Shown here: positions 26,821 through 35,219 of the stretch, piece by piece | Numbering within the stretch: the stretch's first letter is position 1 | Layout: the number at the start of each line of letters is the position of its first letter | Virus record (IMG/VR): IMGVR_UViG_3300011116_000062 | Span: 1 to 61,632 of that record | DNA length: 61,632 bases | DNA from: a virus | Taxonomy: Duplodnaviria; Caudoviricetes | Direction: 5' to 3' (one strand) | Notes under the pieces: generated by a model | Databases searched by the model: none | What the model was told of the DNA's origin: nothing | The model's input: only the letters and a program-made list of their open reading frames with translations | Position numbers and translations under genes: made by a program

Positions 26821-28866
26821 TTACTGTCCTACGGGTTCCCAGCTATTTTGATCTCCGGGAGGGCCACCTACGTATTTGTACCCACCTTGAATAGTACCAA
26901 CTTCCGGCGCATTTTCGTACGGATTACGCACATACTGACTCTGCGGAGCATAGTCAGAGATCATGCTCGATTGCCCTCTTGCACGCCGCTCCATCATGCG
27001 TTGAGTTTCAGGAGATGCGAATATGTACGCATTTGATGAACGAAGTTTAGCCAGAGCAGCTTCGGCTCTAGCAGCACGGCTCTGATCAGCAGAGTAAGCG
27101 GTTGCTGAAGTAGCACGAAGGTTTTCCTGCAACGCAGATCTCGCTTCAATAAGTTCCTGCTGCCTAGCGGCTTTTTCTTGGGGGTCGATACCCGGTTCCT
27201 GCGTTCTCTTGTAAAGATCAAGGAGGTAATCCCCCTCGTCTTTTCTGCCAGCCGAGTACATACGCGCAACTTCTATCTGTGTTGCACGATCAAGAGCCTT
27301 CTCTCGGGCCGAGTTTTCTATCTCAAGCACTTTCATCTGCTTGGCTTCGTACCGCATAGTCAGGTTGTCAAACCGGTTAATCGTATCTCTACGGCCAGTT
27401 TCGATAGCCTGCTCTTGAGCACGGCGCAACTGAATACGCATACCCTCAAGTTCCCGGTTCTCTTTACGAAGATCCTTGAGATCTTTGATCAAGTTACCGT
27501 AGTTCTCCTTAATGCTATCGCCAAGGGCGTTCGCGAAGAACGGGCTACGGCTACCGAGCAACGACGCACCGGTCATAATCCAGAAGTTTTTCTCCGCCTG
27601 CTTGCGGTCGCCGCCCAGTCGCTTGGCTTCTTCATCAATGAACTTATTCTGGTCGGCAAGCGCCTTACTGTGCGTACCGGTGCCAGTCCTCTCGTAGAAC
27701 GCTTCCTGCTCAGCTTCCATAGTCTTCAGATCCGGCGCAGAGCCGATATCAAATATAGACTTGGGAGCAGAAGGTGCCGCAGGCGGTCGCGTACCAGCAG
27801 CGGGAGGTCTAGCACTAGTAGCCGCAGGAGGCTTAGCAGCCGTAGCAGCCGCAGGAGGCTTAGCAGCCGTAGCAGCCGGGGCCGCAGGAGCCGCAGGAGC
27901 CGCAGGAGCTTCAGTGCCATACCCCATATTGCGGCGGTAATTAGCTTCGAACGCCATGGCTTCCGGAGAATCTGCGCCAAACTTTTTAACTATATCTCTG
28001 TACTGATTGGCGTTCCTCATCTCGTCTTCGCTAAGAGTTAACTCAGCTTCTTGCTTAGACTCTCTCGGCACCACGACTTCGGTAGTGCGCCTTTTGGCTT
28101 TTTCAATTGGAGTTTCATACAGCAGGCTAGTCGGCAAAGCGCCTTCAAGCGTGCCCATAAACGTAGCCAAACCGGTCTTGAATTTGCTTTTCGGGTCAAC
28201 GTCCATACCCAACTGAGCAAGACGAGACGTAGCCTGAATACTTTCAGGATCGGACTTGGACGCGTCGTAAGCAGCGAGTCCAGCGGCAAGCGGAGCGCCT
28301 ATTTTTGCAACCTTGGTAGCATAACCACCAAGACGCCCCGGACCACCTTCTCTAATGTACTTAGAGAACGTAGGCATATTTCTATCAGCCCACTGAAGGA
28401 TACGGGCCTGTTCAGCCGGTGGAGCCTTATTAAATGATTCCTCCAGAGCATCCCACGTAGCCGCACCCATCGAAGTGCCGCCTTCCTGAAACGCCACGAT
28501 GCCACCACCAGCGAACCCACGGGCCATAGCCGGGTTCGGTACAGCCGCCACGCCAGCGGCGGGAGCCATCGGAGCCTGCGGCATTCTTGGTGCCTGCTGT
28601 TGAGCAAGCATCGCATCATACTGCTGGGCTACGGTCGGCGGGGCAGCGGGGGGCTGCTGAGCCATCTGTTGCTGAGTCTTAGCAACATTTTCAATACGAA
28701 GCTTCTTGGCAATTAACCCTGCAAGTTGAGGTTCGCCACGCGAGACAAGAAACGGGACGATGTTTGCGTCGTTTACCTTGTCCTTCTGCTCAACAAAGTT
28801 CTGATAAGCAGATACCGTGGGAGAGATTGCACTCAACCCCGCCAACATGTTCGGGTTATTAGCCAT
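26821..28866 (-). CDS. Internal virion (ejection) protein
   Basis: 681 aa; FAGGGIVAFQEGG; P/A-rich repeats; gene position. Confidence 0.65.
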   Translation of the reverse strand: MANNPNMLAGLSAISPTVSAYQNFVEQKDKVNDANIVPFLVSRGEPQLAGLIAKKLRIENVAKTQQQMAQQPPAAPPTVAQQYDAMLAQQQAPRMPQAPMAPAAGVAAVPNPAMARGFAGGGIVAFQEGGTSMGAATWDALEESFNKAPPAEQARILQWADRNMPTFSKYIREGGPGRLGGYATKVAKIGAPLAAGLAAYDASKSDPESIQATSRLAQLGMDVDPKSKFKTGLATFMGTLEGALPTSLLYETPIEKAKRRTTEVVVPRESKQEAELTLSEDEMRNANQYRDIVKKFGADSPEAMAFEANYRRNMGYGTEAPAAPAAPAAPAATAAKPPAAATAAKPPAATSARPPAAGTRPPAAPSAPKSIFDIGSAPDLKTMEAEQEAFYERTGTGTHSKALADQNKFIDEEAKRLGGDRKQAEKNFWIMTGASLLGSRSPFFANALGDSIKENYGNLIKDLKDLRKENRELEGMRIQLRRAQEQAIETGRRDTINRFDNLTMRYEAKQMKVLEIENSAREKALDRATQIEVARMYSAGRKDEGDYLLDLYKRTQEPGIDPQEKAARQQELIEARSALQENLRATSATAYSADQSRAARAEAALAKLRSSNAYIFASPETQRMMERRARGQSSMISDYAPQSQYVRNPYENAPEVGTIQGGYKYVGGPPGDQNSWEPVGQ

Positions 28867-28868
28867 CG

Positions 28869-30380
28869 TTAACCCCTCTGAGCGCCGTAGTACATCGCAC
28901 CCAGACCCGCCACCGTATTAAGCGGGTTAGGCGCAGCCTGATAAATCTGCTGAGAAGCAGCCGTAGCCGGTACACCACGAATGATGTCGGAAATGAAGCC
29001 CAATTGCGAGTACGGGTACCTCTGACGAGCGATGTAATCCTGATACTGCTGTTCCAGACGCTGCTGTTCCAAGCCCTGAAGTTGCGCCCCAGCCTGCTGC
29101 TGAGCCTGCGCTGCCATCTGCTGCTGGTTGAACTGAGTCTGGCCCAACTGACCAAGCGTACCCGCCGCAGCCAACTGCTGCTGAAGGCCCTGAAGCCCAA
29201 GCCCCGCGCCGAACTGGCGGGACTGCTCCATCATCTGCTGTGCAGCCTGATTCTGAGCAAGAGCCTGCTGCTGGGCCTGCAACTGCGCGGCCTGATTAAG
29301 TTGCTGCGACTGAAGGCCAGTCTGGGCACCCAACTGCTGAACACCAAGCAGGGCTGCAAGATTCTGCTGCCCAGTGGTAAGCCCAGCCTGCTGGTTGGCA
29401 AGTGCGGCCTGAAGTCCGGTCTGGGCACCCAACTGCTGCACACCCAGTTGAGCAGCGAGGTTCTGTTGTGCCGCCTGCTGCGCTGCTTGCTGATTAGCAA
29501 GAGCCGCCTGAAGTCCGGTCTGTGCGCCAAGCTGCTGCACACCCAGTTGAGCAGCAAGATTTTGCTGGCCGGTGGTGAGTCCTGCCTGCTGGTTAGCAAG
29601 CGCGGCTTGCATAGCCGCCGCACGATCCGCACCAAACTGCTGCGCTGCCTGCTGGAAAGCCTGCTGCCGACCGGTAGCCTCGATGCCACCCAACTGCTGC
29701 TGAAGATTACGTTGTGCTTCAGACTGGAGCAGCGCCTCACGAGTACCGCCACGGGCACCTGCACGGATGCCTGCCGCCTGCAATCCCGGCATCTGGCGAG
29801 CAAAGTCCTGAACAGCCGCCTTCTTTTGCTGCTCAACAACGCCGGTCATGTACGGAGACATGTAGTCCTGCATCGCCTGAGTGCCGAAGCGTTCCGCGCC
29901 TACCTGCTGTGCCGGTCCCATCTGATATGTTTGCAGGTTCGAACCGGAAACGCGCTCAGGTCCAGCCATCTGGAAAGCCTGCAGATTAGGCCCACCAACT
30001 TGCTGCGGAGCAGCCATCTGATACTGCTGTAAGGACGGAGCCTGCGTGCCCATATACGACACGCCAACCGGCTGGTACTGCATCGGCTGATACGAGAGGC
30101 CCAACTGTCCTGCCTGCTGCCCGACGAGGCCTGCAAGACCCGAAGCCTGCGCGATCTGCGGAGTGGGACCAAGAGCCTGCGTGCCCATCATGGCCTGCTG
30201 CTGGAGCGGGTTAAGCCCAGCAAGGCGCTGCCCTTCATACGGCTGATAAGGCTGACCGTAAGTTAGAGCCTCTGCTTCACCCAGCAGTCGGGTGGCATAA
30301 GGTTTGGCCCAATCCGGAATATTGGACTGGGTAACTGTTTGTTGAGTAGGTGCTGAACTACCGCCGCCACCGCCACACAT
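28869..30380 (-). CDS. Q/A/G-rich DNA-transfer (ejection) protein
   Basis: MCGGGGGSS N-terminus; IPDWAKPY; 33-aa repeats. Confidence 0.65.
   Translation of the reverse strand: MCGGGGGSSAPTQQTVTQSNIPDWAKPYATRLLGEAEALTYGQPYQPYEGQRLAGLNPLQQQAMMGTQALGPTPQIAQASGLAGLVGQQAGQLGLSYQPMQYQPVGVSYMGTQAPSLQQYQMAAPQQVGGPNLQAFQMAGPERVSGSNLQTYQMGPAQQVGAERFGTQAMQDYMSPYMTGVVEQQKKAAVQDFARQMPGLQAAGIRAGARGGTREALLQSEAQRNLQQQLGGIEATGRQQAFQQAAQQFGADRAAAMQAALANQQAGLTTGQQNLAAQLGVQQLGAQTGLQAALANQQAAQQAAQQNLAAQLGVQQLGAQTGLQAALANQQAGLTTGQQNLAALLGVQQLGAQTGLQSQQLNQAAQLQAQQQALAQNQAAQQMMEQSRQFGAGLGLQGLQQQLAAAGTLGQLGQTQFNQQQMAAQAQQQAGAQLQGLEQQRLEQQYQDYIARQRYPYSQLGFISDIIRGVPATAASQQIYQAAPNPLNTVAGLGAMYYGAQRG
29310..29610 (-). 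repeat. 99-bp tandem repeat (about 3 copies)
   Basis: Encodes QAALANQQ...QQNLAAQLGVQQLGAQTGL. Confidence 0.8.
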
Positions 30381-30382
30381 AG

Positions 30383-30841
30383 TTAAACTCCTGCGGCAAA
30401 CAAGCCGCCAACGACTTTCATGCCCATACGCTGCATGATGTCAAATTTTGATTCAGTGTCCTCTGCATTGAACACGCCAACAATCAGGGGCATCCCAGAG
30501 TCCTCAGCGAATTCCTTGGCGCGGTCAAGCAACATCTTCCCGACACCTGAATTACGATGTTCGGGTAATACATAAAACCAGCCATCAGTCAGATACTTCG
30601 CGTCTGAGTACCACGGTGAAGTCAGATTGAGTCCGATAGACCCGACGAATACTCCGTCGTCATCTTCAACGGCCCACGCTCCACAGTTTACGTTCTCTAC
30701 AAGCCACGCATAGCCCTTAGCAAAATTGAACTCTTTGGCGCTAAGCTTGCCCATGCTGTGCTCGGGAATGAAATGATTGATAAGGAGGTCAAGCAACCTC
30801 TTCATATCAGTTTCATTGTTCTCAAGCATCACGATTTTCAT
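30383..30841 (-). CDS. GNAT acetyltransferase
   Basis: FYVLPEHRNSGVGKMLL acetyl-CoA binding motif. Confidence 0.9.
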   Translation of the reverse strand: MKIVMLENNETDMKRLLDLLINHFIPEHSMGKLSAKEFNFAKGYAWLVENVNCGAWAVEDDDGVFVGSIGLNLTSPWYSDAKYLTDGWFYVLPEHRNSGVGKMLLDRAKEFAEDSGMPLIVGVFNAEDTESKFDIMQRMGMKVVGGLFAAGV

Positions 30842-33396
30842 CGCGGCATCATTCCGTCAACGTTGACCTGCGGGGCTTGATGAGCACGCCCGGTACGAGC
30901 CTTACGAACCCGAGCCATCATGTCATACAACTTCTTGGAGCCAGCATCGGTAGAACCGTTGCCAAGATGGGATACAACGTCAGCCGGGATGACGAACTCA
31001 CCGTCAGTCAACCGAGCCTCCTGATTTCCGTCGATATTGGCCTTGATGCTGTCAGACATACCATCGCCCTTACCAGACACCAACTTGCCAGCCACCGGGC
31101 GCTGTTTACGCTTGCGTCTACGCTTGGCTACGCCACCCTTGGCAAATCCAAAGTTGTATTCGCTGCCAAAATCATCGTAGTTCTGTTCAAACCCGCCAAG
31201 GCCGTAGTCCATCGGATTTTGTCTGAATTCAGGTATGAACTGACTATCGCTACGCATAGGATAGTAGTCAGCGTACTCAAGCGGCTCGCTTGCCTGCGGT
31301 GTAGGAATGTACTCACGTTCGGCTGGAGAGTAAGTAAGTTCAGGCTCACGCTCAGGCTCACTGAACGGAGTCATGGCAGGCGGCTGATAAACGGGAGCAG
31401 GAGGCTGATAGATGGGAGCAGGCGGCTGATAGACGGGAGCAGGAGGCTGATAGACGGGTTCCTGATAAACAGAAACATCTTCCTGCGGCGTCGGAATGTA
31501 CTCACGCTCAGGCTCACTGAACGGAGTCATGGCAGGCGGCTGATAGACGGGAGCAGGCGGCTGATAGATGGGTTCTTGATAAACAGGAACATCTTCTTGC
31601 GTGCGTGGGATGTACTCACGCTCAGGCTCACTAAACGGAGTCATGGCAGGCGGCTGATAAAACTCCATACTGTTGTACGGAGTCGGCTGAACGTATTCAC
31701 GCGGCTCGGAAGGCGGCGTATAAGCTGGTTCCGGTGGAGAATAGTTACCCGCATACGGACTCAAACTTGAAAAGTCTATGCCGCTAAAATCACCGTAGCT
31801 CGGCTCCGGGGCCATGGGCGGAGGCTGCATCATCGGAGGCGGTTGAGCGGCGCGTGCAGCGTCTTCTGCTGCAACTTCATCCGCAGTCATACGGAAAAGC
31901 GGCCTGCTGTACGAACCAGAGGACCCTCGCTGACCTACTTGATCAAACATCGACGGGTCAAAATTAATGCCCATCATTCCACCAAGCCCACCAAGCCCAC
32001 CAAGCCCACTCAGTATGTCAGCGTATGCGCCAAGCTCCCTAGTAGTAGGTCTGCTAGGAGTAGTCGGCGTAGTAACTGGTTTAGGAGGCGCAACCGGTTT
32101 TGCTTCAGGAATAAACGACCGGTTCAAGTTCTGCATATATGCACTGAGTTGCTCAGCGCCAGAACCGCTATAAGGCAGGTTAGATGCACTGCCATACAGA
32201 GGGTCTACCTGCCTTGGAGGAGGAAGCATCACGGCACCGGGCGGGGGTTCAGGAAAAGGACTACGGATATCGGTTCGCGAAATGCCGCCTACAGGAGCAA
32301 ACTCTTCTTCTCTGGCTGCACGAAACATGGCTTCGCCACCTGCTCCATATTTCGCAACGCTGCCGCCAGAGGCCATGCCCGGATATTTCTTAGTGTAGTA
32401 ACCCGGCAAAAACCCTTGGTACGGATCGTACCCACCAGAAATGTAGTATGAAGGGTCTTCTTCATTAGGCGGCTTATAGTCCGGCGTCATAAGGCTAGAG
32501 GCGGTCGTGCCAAGACCGGCAACGCCAGCGGCACCCAATTTAGACCCTACAGCACCTAGCGTAGCACCCGGAGCAGCCTTAAGCGCCGCCATACCAGAAC
32601 TTAAGTTAGCCCCAGTGATAGGTGCAGCAGCAACGTTCTTGAAGGCTTCAGGAGCCAATGCTTTGGTGATCGTGTCAGTACCGGCAGCGCCAGCGGCCCT
32701 AATAGCCTCTGAACCAGTTAATGCACCAACGTTTGAAGCAGCGGTGGTAGCACCGGGTGTTATAGCCTGAATCCCCTGTGCCGCCGCGTCTGCACCTGTC
32801 TGTAAAGCATTTTTTACAGCACTTCCTGCCGTCGCACCTGCCGTGCTTACCGCACTACCAAGGCTGGCACCACCATACGCGCCAAGACCCGCCATGAGGC
32901 CCTTGCTAAGATCACCGGTACGGGCGGCTTCCACACCACCAACGAGCAGACTGCTACCAAGTGCGCCAAGTCCCGGAAAAATAAAGTTAAGACCAAAACC
33001 CAACAGGGTCGGCAAGAGTTTCTTGAGGAACGAAGCCTCGTAAAGCCCCGTATGCGGATTGATAGTCAGGCTACCACCGTGAGCCAAGGCAAGAGACTGG
33101 AGTCCCTTAACCTCTTCGGGAGCCATGTGAACAAGCATCGTGTCGCCACGGCGACCACGGGATGCAAGAAGGGATGCAACACCTGCTTCTGGGGCCACGC
33201 TGCCACCTCGTGCAAAGTTAGTTTGTACTATCTCTTCCCCGGTCATCGGGTTGATTTTTACATCATATCCGCCTACGACTTCGGTGGGGCGGTTGTAATT
33301 AAGAGGAGCCGCGTAGGTGCTGCTAGTAAGCCGGGCCATCGGGTAGGACGGGTTAGATGCCGGAATTACACCGCCCTGTGGATAAGTTGGACTCAT
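30838..33396 (-). CDS. Virion protein with xxxGG motifs, Pro-rich repeats and a tape-measure-like GEFV domain
   Basis: FARGG/MASGG/YGAGG/FAKGG; GDTMLVHM..INPHTG; ARLTDGEFVIPADVV. Confidence 0.65.
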   Translation of the reverse strand: MSPTYPQGGVIPASNPSYPMARLTSSTYAAPLNYNRPTEVVGGYDVKINPMTGEEIVQTNFARGGSVAPEAGVASLLASRGRRGDTMLVHMAPEEVKGLQSLALAHGGSLTINPHTGLYEASFLKKLLPTLLGFGLNFIFPGLGALGSSLLVGGVEAARTGDLSKGLMAGLGAYGGASLGSAVSTAGATAGSAVKNALQTGADAAAQGIQAITPGATTAASNVGALTGSEAIRAAGAAGTDTITKALAPEAFKNVAAAPITGANLSSGMAALKAAPGATLGAVGSKLGAAGVAGLGTTASSLMTPDYKPPNEEDPSYYISGGYDPYQGFLPGYYTKKYPGMASGGSVAKYGAGGEAMFRAAREEEFAPVGGISRTDIRSPFPEPPPGAVMLPPPRQVDPLYGSASNLPYSGSGAEQLSAYMQNLNRSFIPEAKPVAPPKPVTTPTTPSRPTTRELGAYADILSGLGGLGGLGGMMGINFDPSMFDQVGQRGSSGSYSRPLFRMTADEVAAEDAARAAQPPPMMQPPPMAPEPSYGDFSGIDFSSLSPYAGNYSPPEPAYTPPSEPREYVQPTPYNSMEFYQPPAMTPFSEPEREYIPRTQEDVPVYQEPIYQPPAPVYQPPAMTPFSEPEREYIPTPQEDVSVYQEPVYQPPAPVYQPPAPIYQPPAPVYQPPAMTPFSEPEREPELTYSPAEREYIPTPQASEPLEYADYYPMRSDSQFIPEFRQNPMDYGLGGFEQNYDDFGSEYNFGFAKGGVAKRRRKRKQRPVAGKLVSGKGDGMSDSIKANIDGNQEARLTDGEFVIPADVVSHLGNGSTDAGSKKLYDMMARVRKARTGRAHQAPQVNVDGMMPR
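31296..31660 (-). repeat. Nested tandem repeats encoding YQPPAP(V/I) and AMTPFSEPEREYIP
   Basis: 21-bp units nested within longer (~120-bp) units. Confidence 0.85.
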
Positions 33397-33422
33397 AGCA
33401 CCCTCACGGGGTCAAGTTGTCT

Positions 33423-33433
33423 GGATACTAGCA
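33423..33433 (-). promoter_or_regulatory. Possible extended -10 promoter (TGcTAGTAT)
   Basis: Intergenic; TAGTATCC also occurs upstream of the first late gene. Confidence 0.35.
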
Positions 33434-33436
33434 TTT

Positions 33437-34696
33437 CTATTGCGTCAAATCCCAAAACGCGATGGTTCCGTAACAGTCACCTTGCGGGGTCGCTGAGTCC
33501 ACCGTGCGAATGCCTAAAGTCAGTATGTCGCTGACCCCGGCCAAGGACACGCCAAGTTGCAGTGCCCAGTTATACCCGGCGGGGTCCACAAGGGGCTGCT
33601 TGCCGCCGCTACCCGACGCATCTAGGTAGTCGGTTTGGACAAGGGTGCCGCCTGTCATAGCCGTGGCTGAAGTGTCCATTTCCGCGTTAGAGTCTGTAGG
33701 TACCGCAGACCACGAAGCCCCGGTCAGGGTGCTATTGAAGAACAACCCCACCTCGTAGGACTGGCTGGTGATGGGCAGCACCTGCATACGACCCGGCAGC
33801 ACCACAGCACCCAACGCGGTCGAGGCCAGACGGATAGAGACAATCGGCTTAAAGGTTAGTTGGATGTTGCTGAGTTTAGTCGTTCTACGCGCTAGATGGC
33901 TTGGTGAGTACTGCTCATAGCCGCCTTCGGACACCACGTTGGAACAGATCTGCTTCATGCTGGCACTGACACCAGCCGAGACATTCGTAATCTCGTAACG
34001 CACCGGCAGGATAGCCGTCGTCATGTAGACCGAAGTTCTTTCGTTCGCGTTATTAAACGTGTGGCAGACGATGTACTGCCCGTTGATGACGAACCCCGTC
34101 CGGACAGAGCCAACGCCCAGCCACTCGAAGTCGCACCAGAATATCTGCGTCTTGGATGCATCGAGCGTGATACCGCTTGGGCCGGTGCCGTCCAACTTGT
34201 CGCCGTTCCAGTCAGCCTGATTGACCGTGCGGGCATCGCTCGGCGTACCCGGCGTCGGGATAGAGTTAGATCGCAGCACCATCGACTTCGTGGTGCCACT
34301 AACTTGGAAGAACACACCGTTTTGGGTATTGAAATATCCAACTCGCTGCCGGATGCCTGCCGTGGGCGTATTCATGCAGAACGTAGTAAGGACTAGCAAA
34401 CTTTTACCCGGCTGATACGACATCGAACGGAACGACTGGCGCACCACCTCTGAACCGATGGTGGACGTTACCGACATCTGCACCGACGACTCGTTGCTCA
34501 GGAACGTGGTTGACCCGCCCGATGCCGTGCTCGTATCGAACTGATTGTCGGAAGTGTATCTCTGCTGTGAGTCGAACAGGGTATAGGGCTGGCTAACGCG
34601 CTGACGACCAAACGCATCTAGTGCAGTCGGCGGAAAAGTGACGTTGATGGGGTTGTTAGGGTCCGACCCGTACGGCGGATAGACTGTAATCGTCAT
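33437..34696 (-). CDS. Beta-rich virion structural protein (lectin-like)
   Basis: DAFGRQRVSQPYTLFD...YQPGKS...WLGVG. Confidence 0.65.
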   Translation of the reverse strand: MTITVYPPYGSDPNNPINVTFPPTALDAFGRQRVSQPYTLFDSQQRYTSDNQFDTSTASGGSTTFLSNESSVQMSVTSTIGSEVVRQSFRSMSYQPGKSLLVLTTFCMNTPTAGIRQRVGYFNTQNGVFFQVSGTTKSMVLRSNSIPTPGTPSDARTVNQADWNGDKLDGTGPSGITLDASKTQIFWCDFEWLGVGSVRTGFVINGQYIVCHTFNNANERTSVYMTTAILPVRYEITNVSAGVSASMKQICSNVVSEGGYEQYSPSHLARRTTKLSNIQLTFKPIVSIRLASTALGAVVLPGRMQVLPITSQSYEVGLFFNSTLTGASWSAVPTDSNAEMDTSATAMTGGTLVQTDYLDASGSGGKQPLVDPAGYNWALQLGVSLAGVSDILTLGIRTVDSATPQGDCYGTIAFWDLTQ

Positions 34697-35028
34697 GTGG
34701 CTTCACCACCCGTGATGGTCACCGAGATGCCTGCGGCGCTGCCCTTGATCTGAATCAGGTCACCCGGAGTCAGGATCTCAGAGCCGGTCCACTGCACGGT
34801 CGTGTTGGCATTGATTGGCGCGTTGTAAAAAAGCGCGTTACTAGTACCCGCCGTGCCACCCTTCGGGATCAAGTGGATATAGAACCGCAGCGACCCAGAT
34901 GTCGTGTTGCAGATATCAATGTTCTTGACGTAGGTGCGAGTCAAGGAAGGCGTCGTATAGATGATGGCGTACGAAGTGGTCGTTTCCGCCTGCGCCAACC
35001 GGTTGCCGACTATGTTCTGGAAGGCCAT
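34693..35028 (-). CDS. Virion structural protein
   Basis: 111 aa beta-rich; ICNT, LTPGDLI. Confidence 0.65.
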   Translation of the reverse strand: MAFQNIVGNRLAQAETTTSYAIIYTTPSLTRTYVKNIDICNTTSGSLRFYIHLIPKGGTAGTSNALFYNAPINANTTVQWTGSEILTPGDLIQIKGSAAGISVTITGGEAT

Positions 35029-35219
35029 TAGAAGGACCCTTCACCAAGCCAGCACAACACAGACAGGCTATTAAGTTTCTGGATCAACTCCTGCGTGTTG
35101 CCGTCCACTTGGTTGAAGTAGATACGCAACTGATTATTAAGTTGGTCCTGATACCGCTGCTGGTAATCCACCGGAGCAATGGCAAGGTTAGAAGCCTTGG
35201 AGGGGCGTGTTTCAATCAT
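35028..35219 (-). CDS. Hypothetical tail-associated protein
   Basis: YQDQLNNQLRIYFNQVD; overlapping starts and stops. Confidence 0.65.
   Translation of the reverse strand: MIETRPSKASNLAIAPVDYQQRYQDQLNNQLRIYFNQVDGNTQELIQKLNSLSVLCWLGEGSF

Noticed and set aside
29004-31770. Long + strand ORFs (29004-30032, 30877-31770)
   Set aside because: Antisense shadows of repetitive - strand genes
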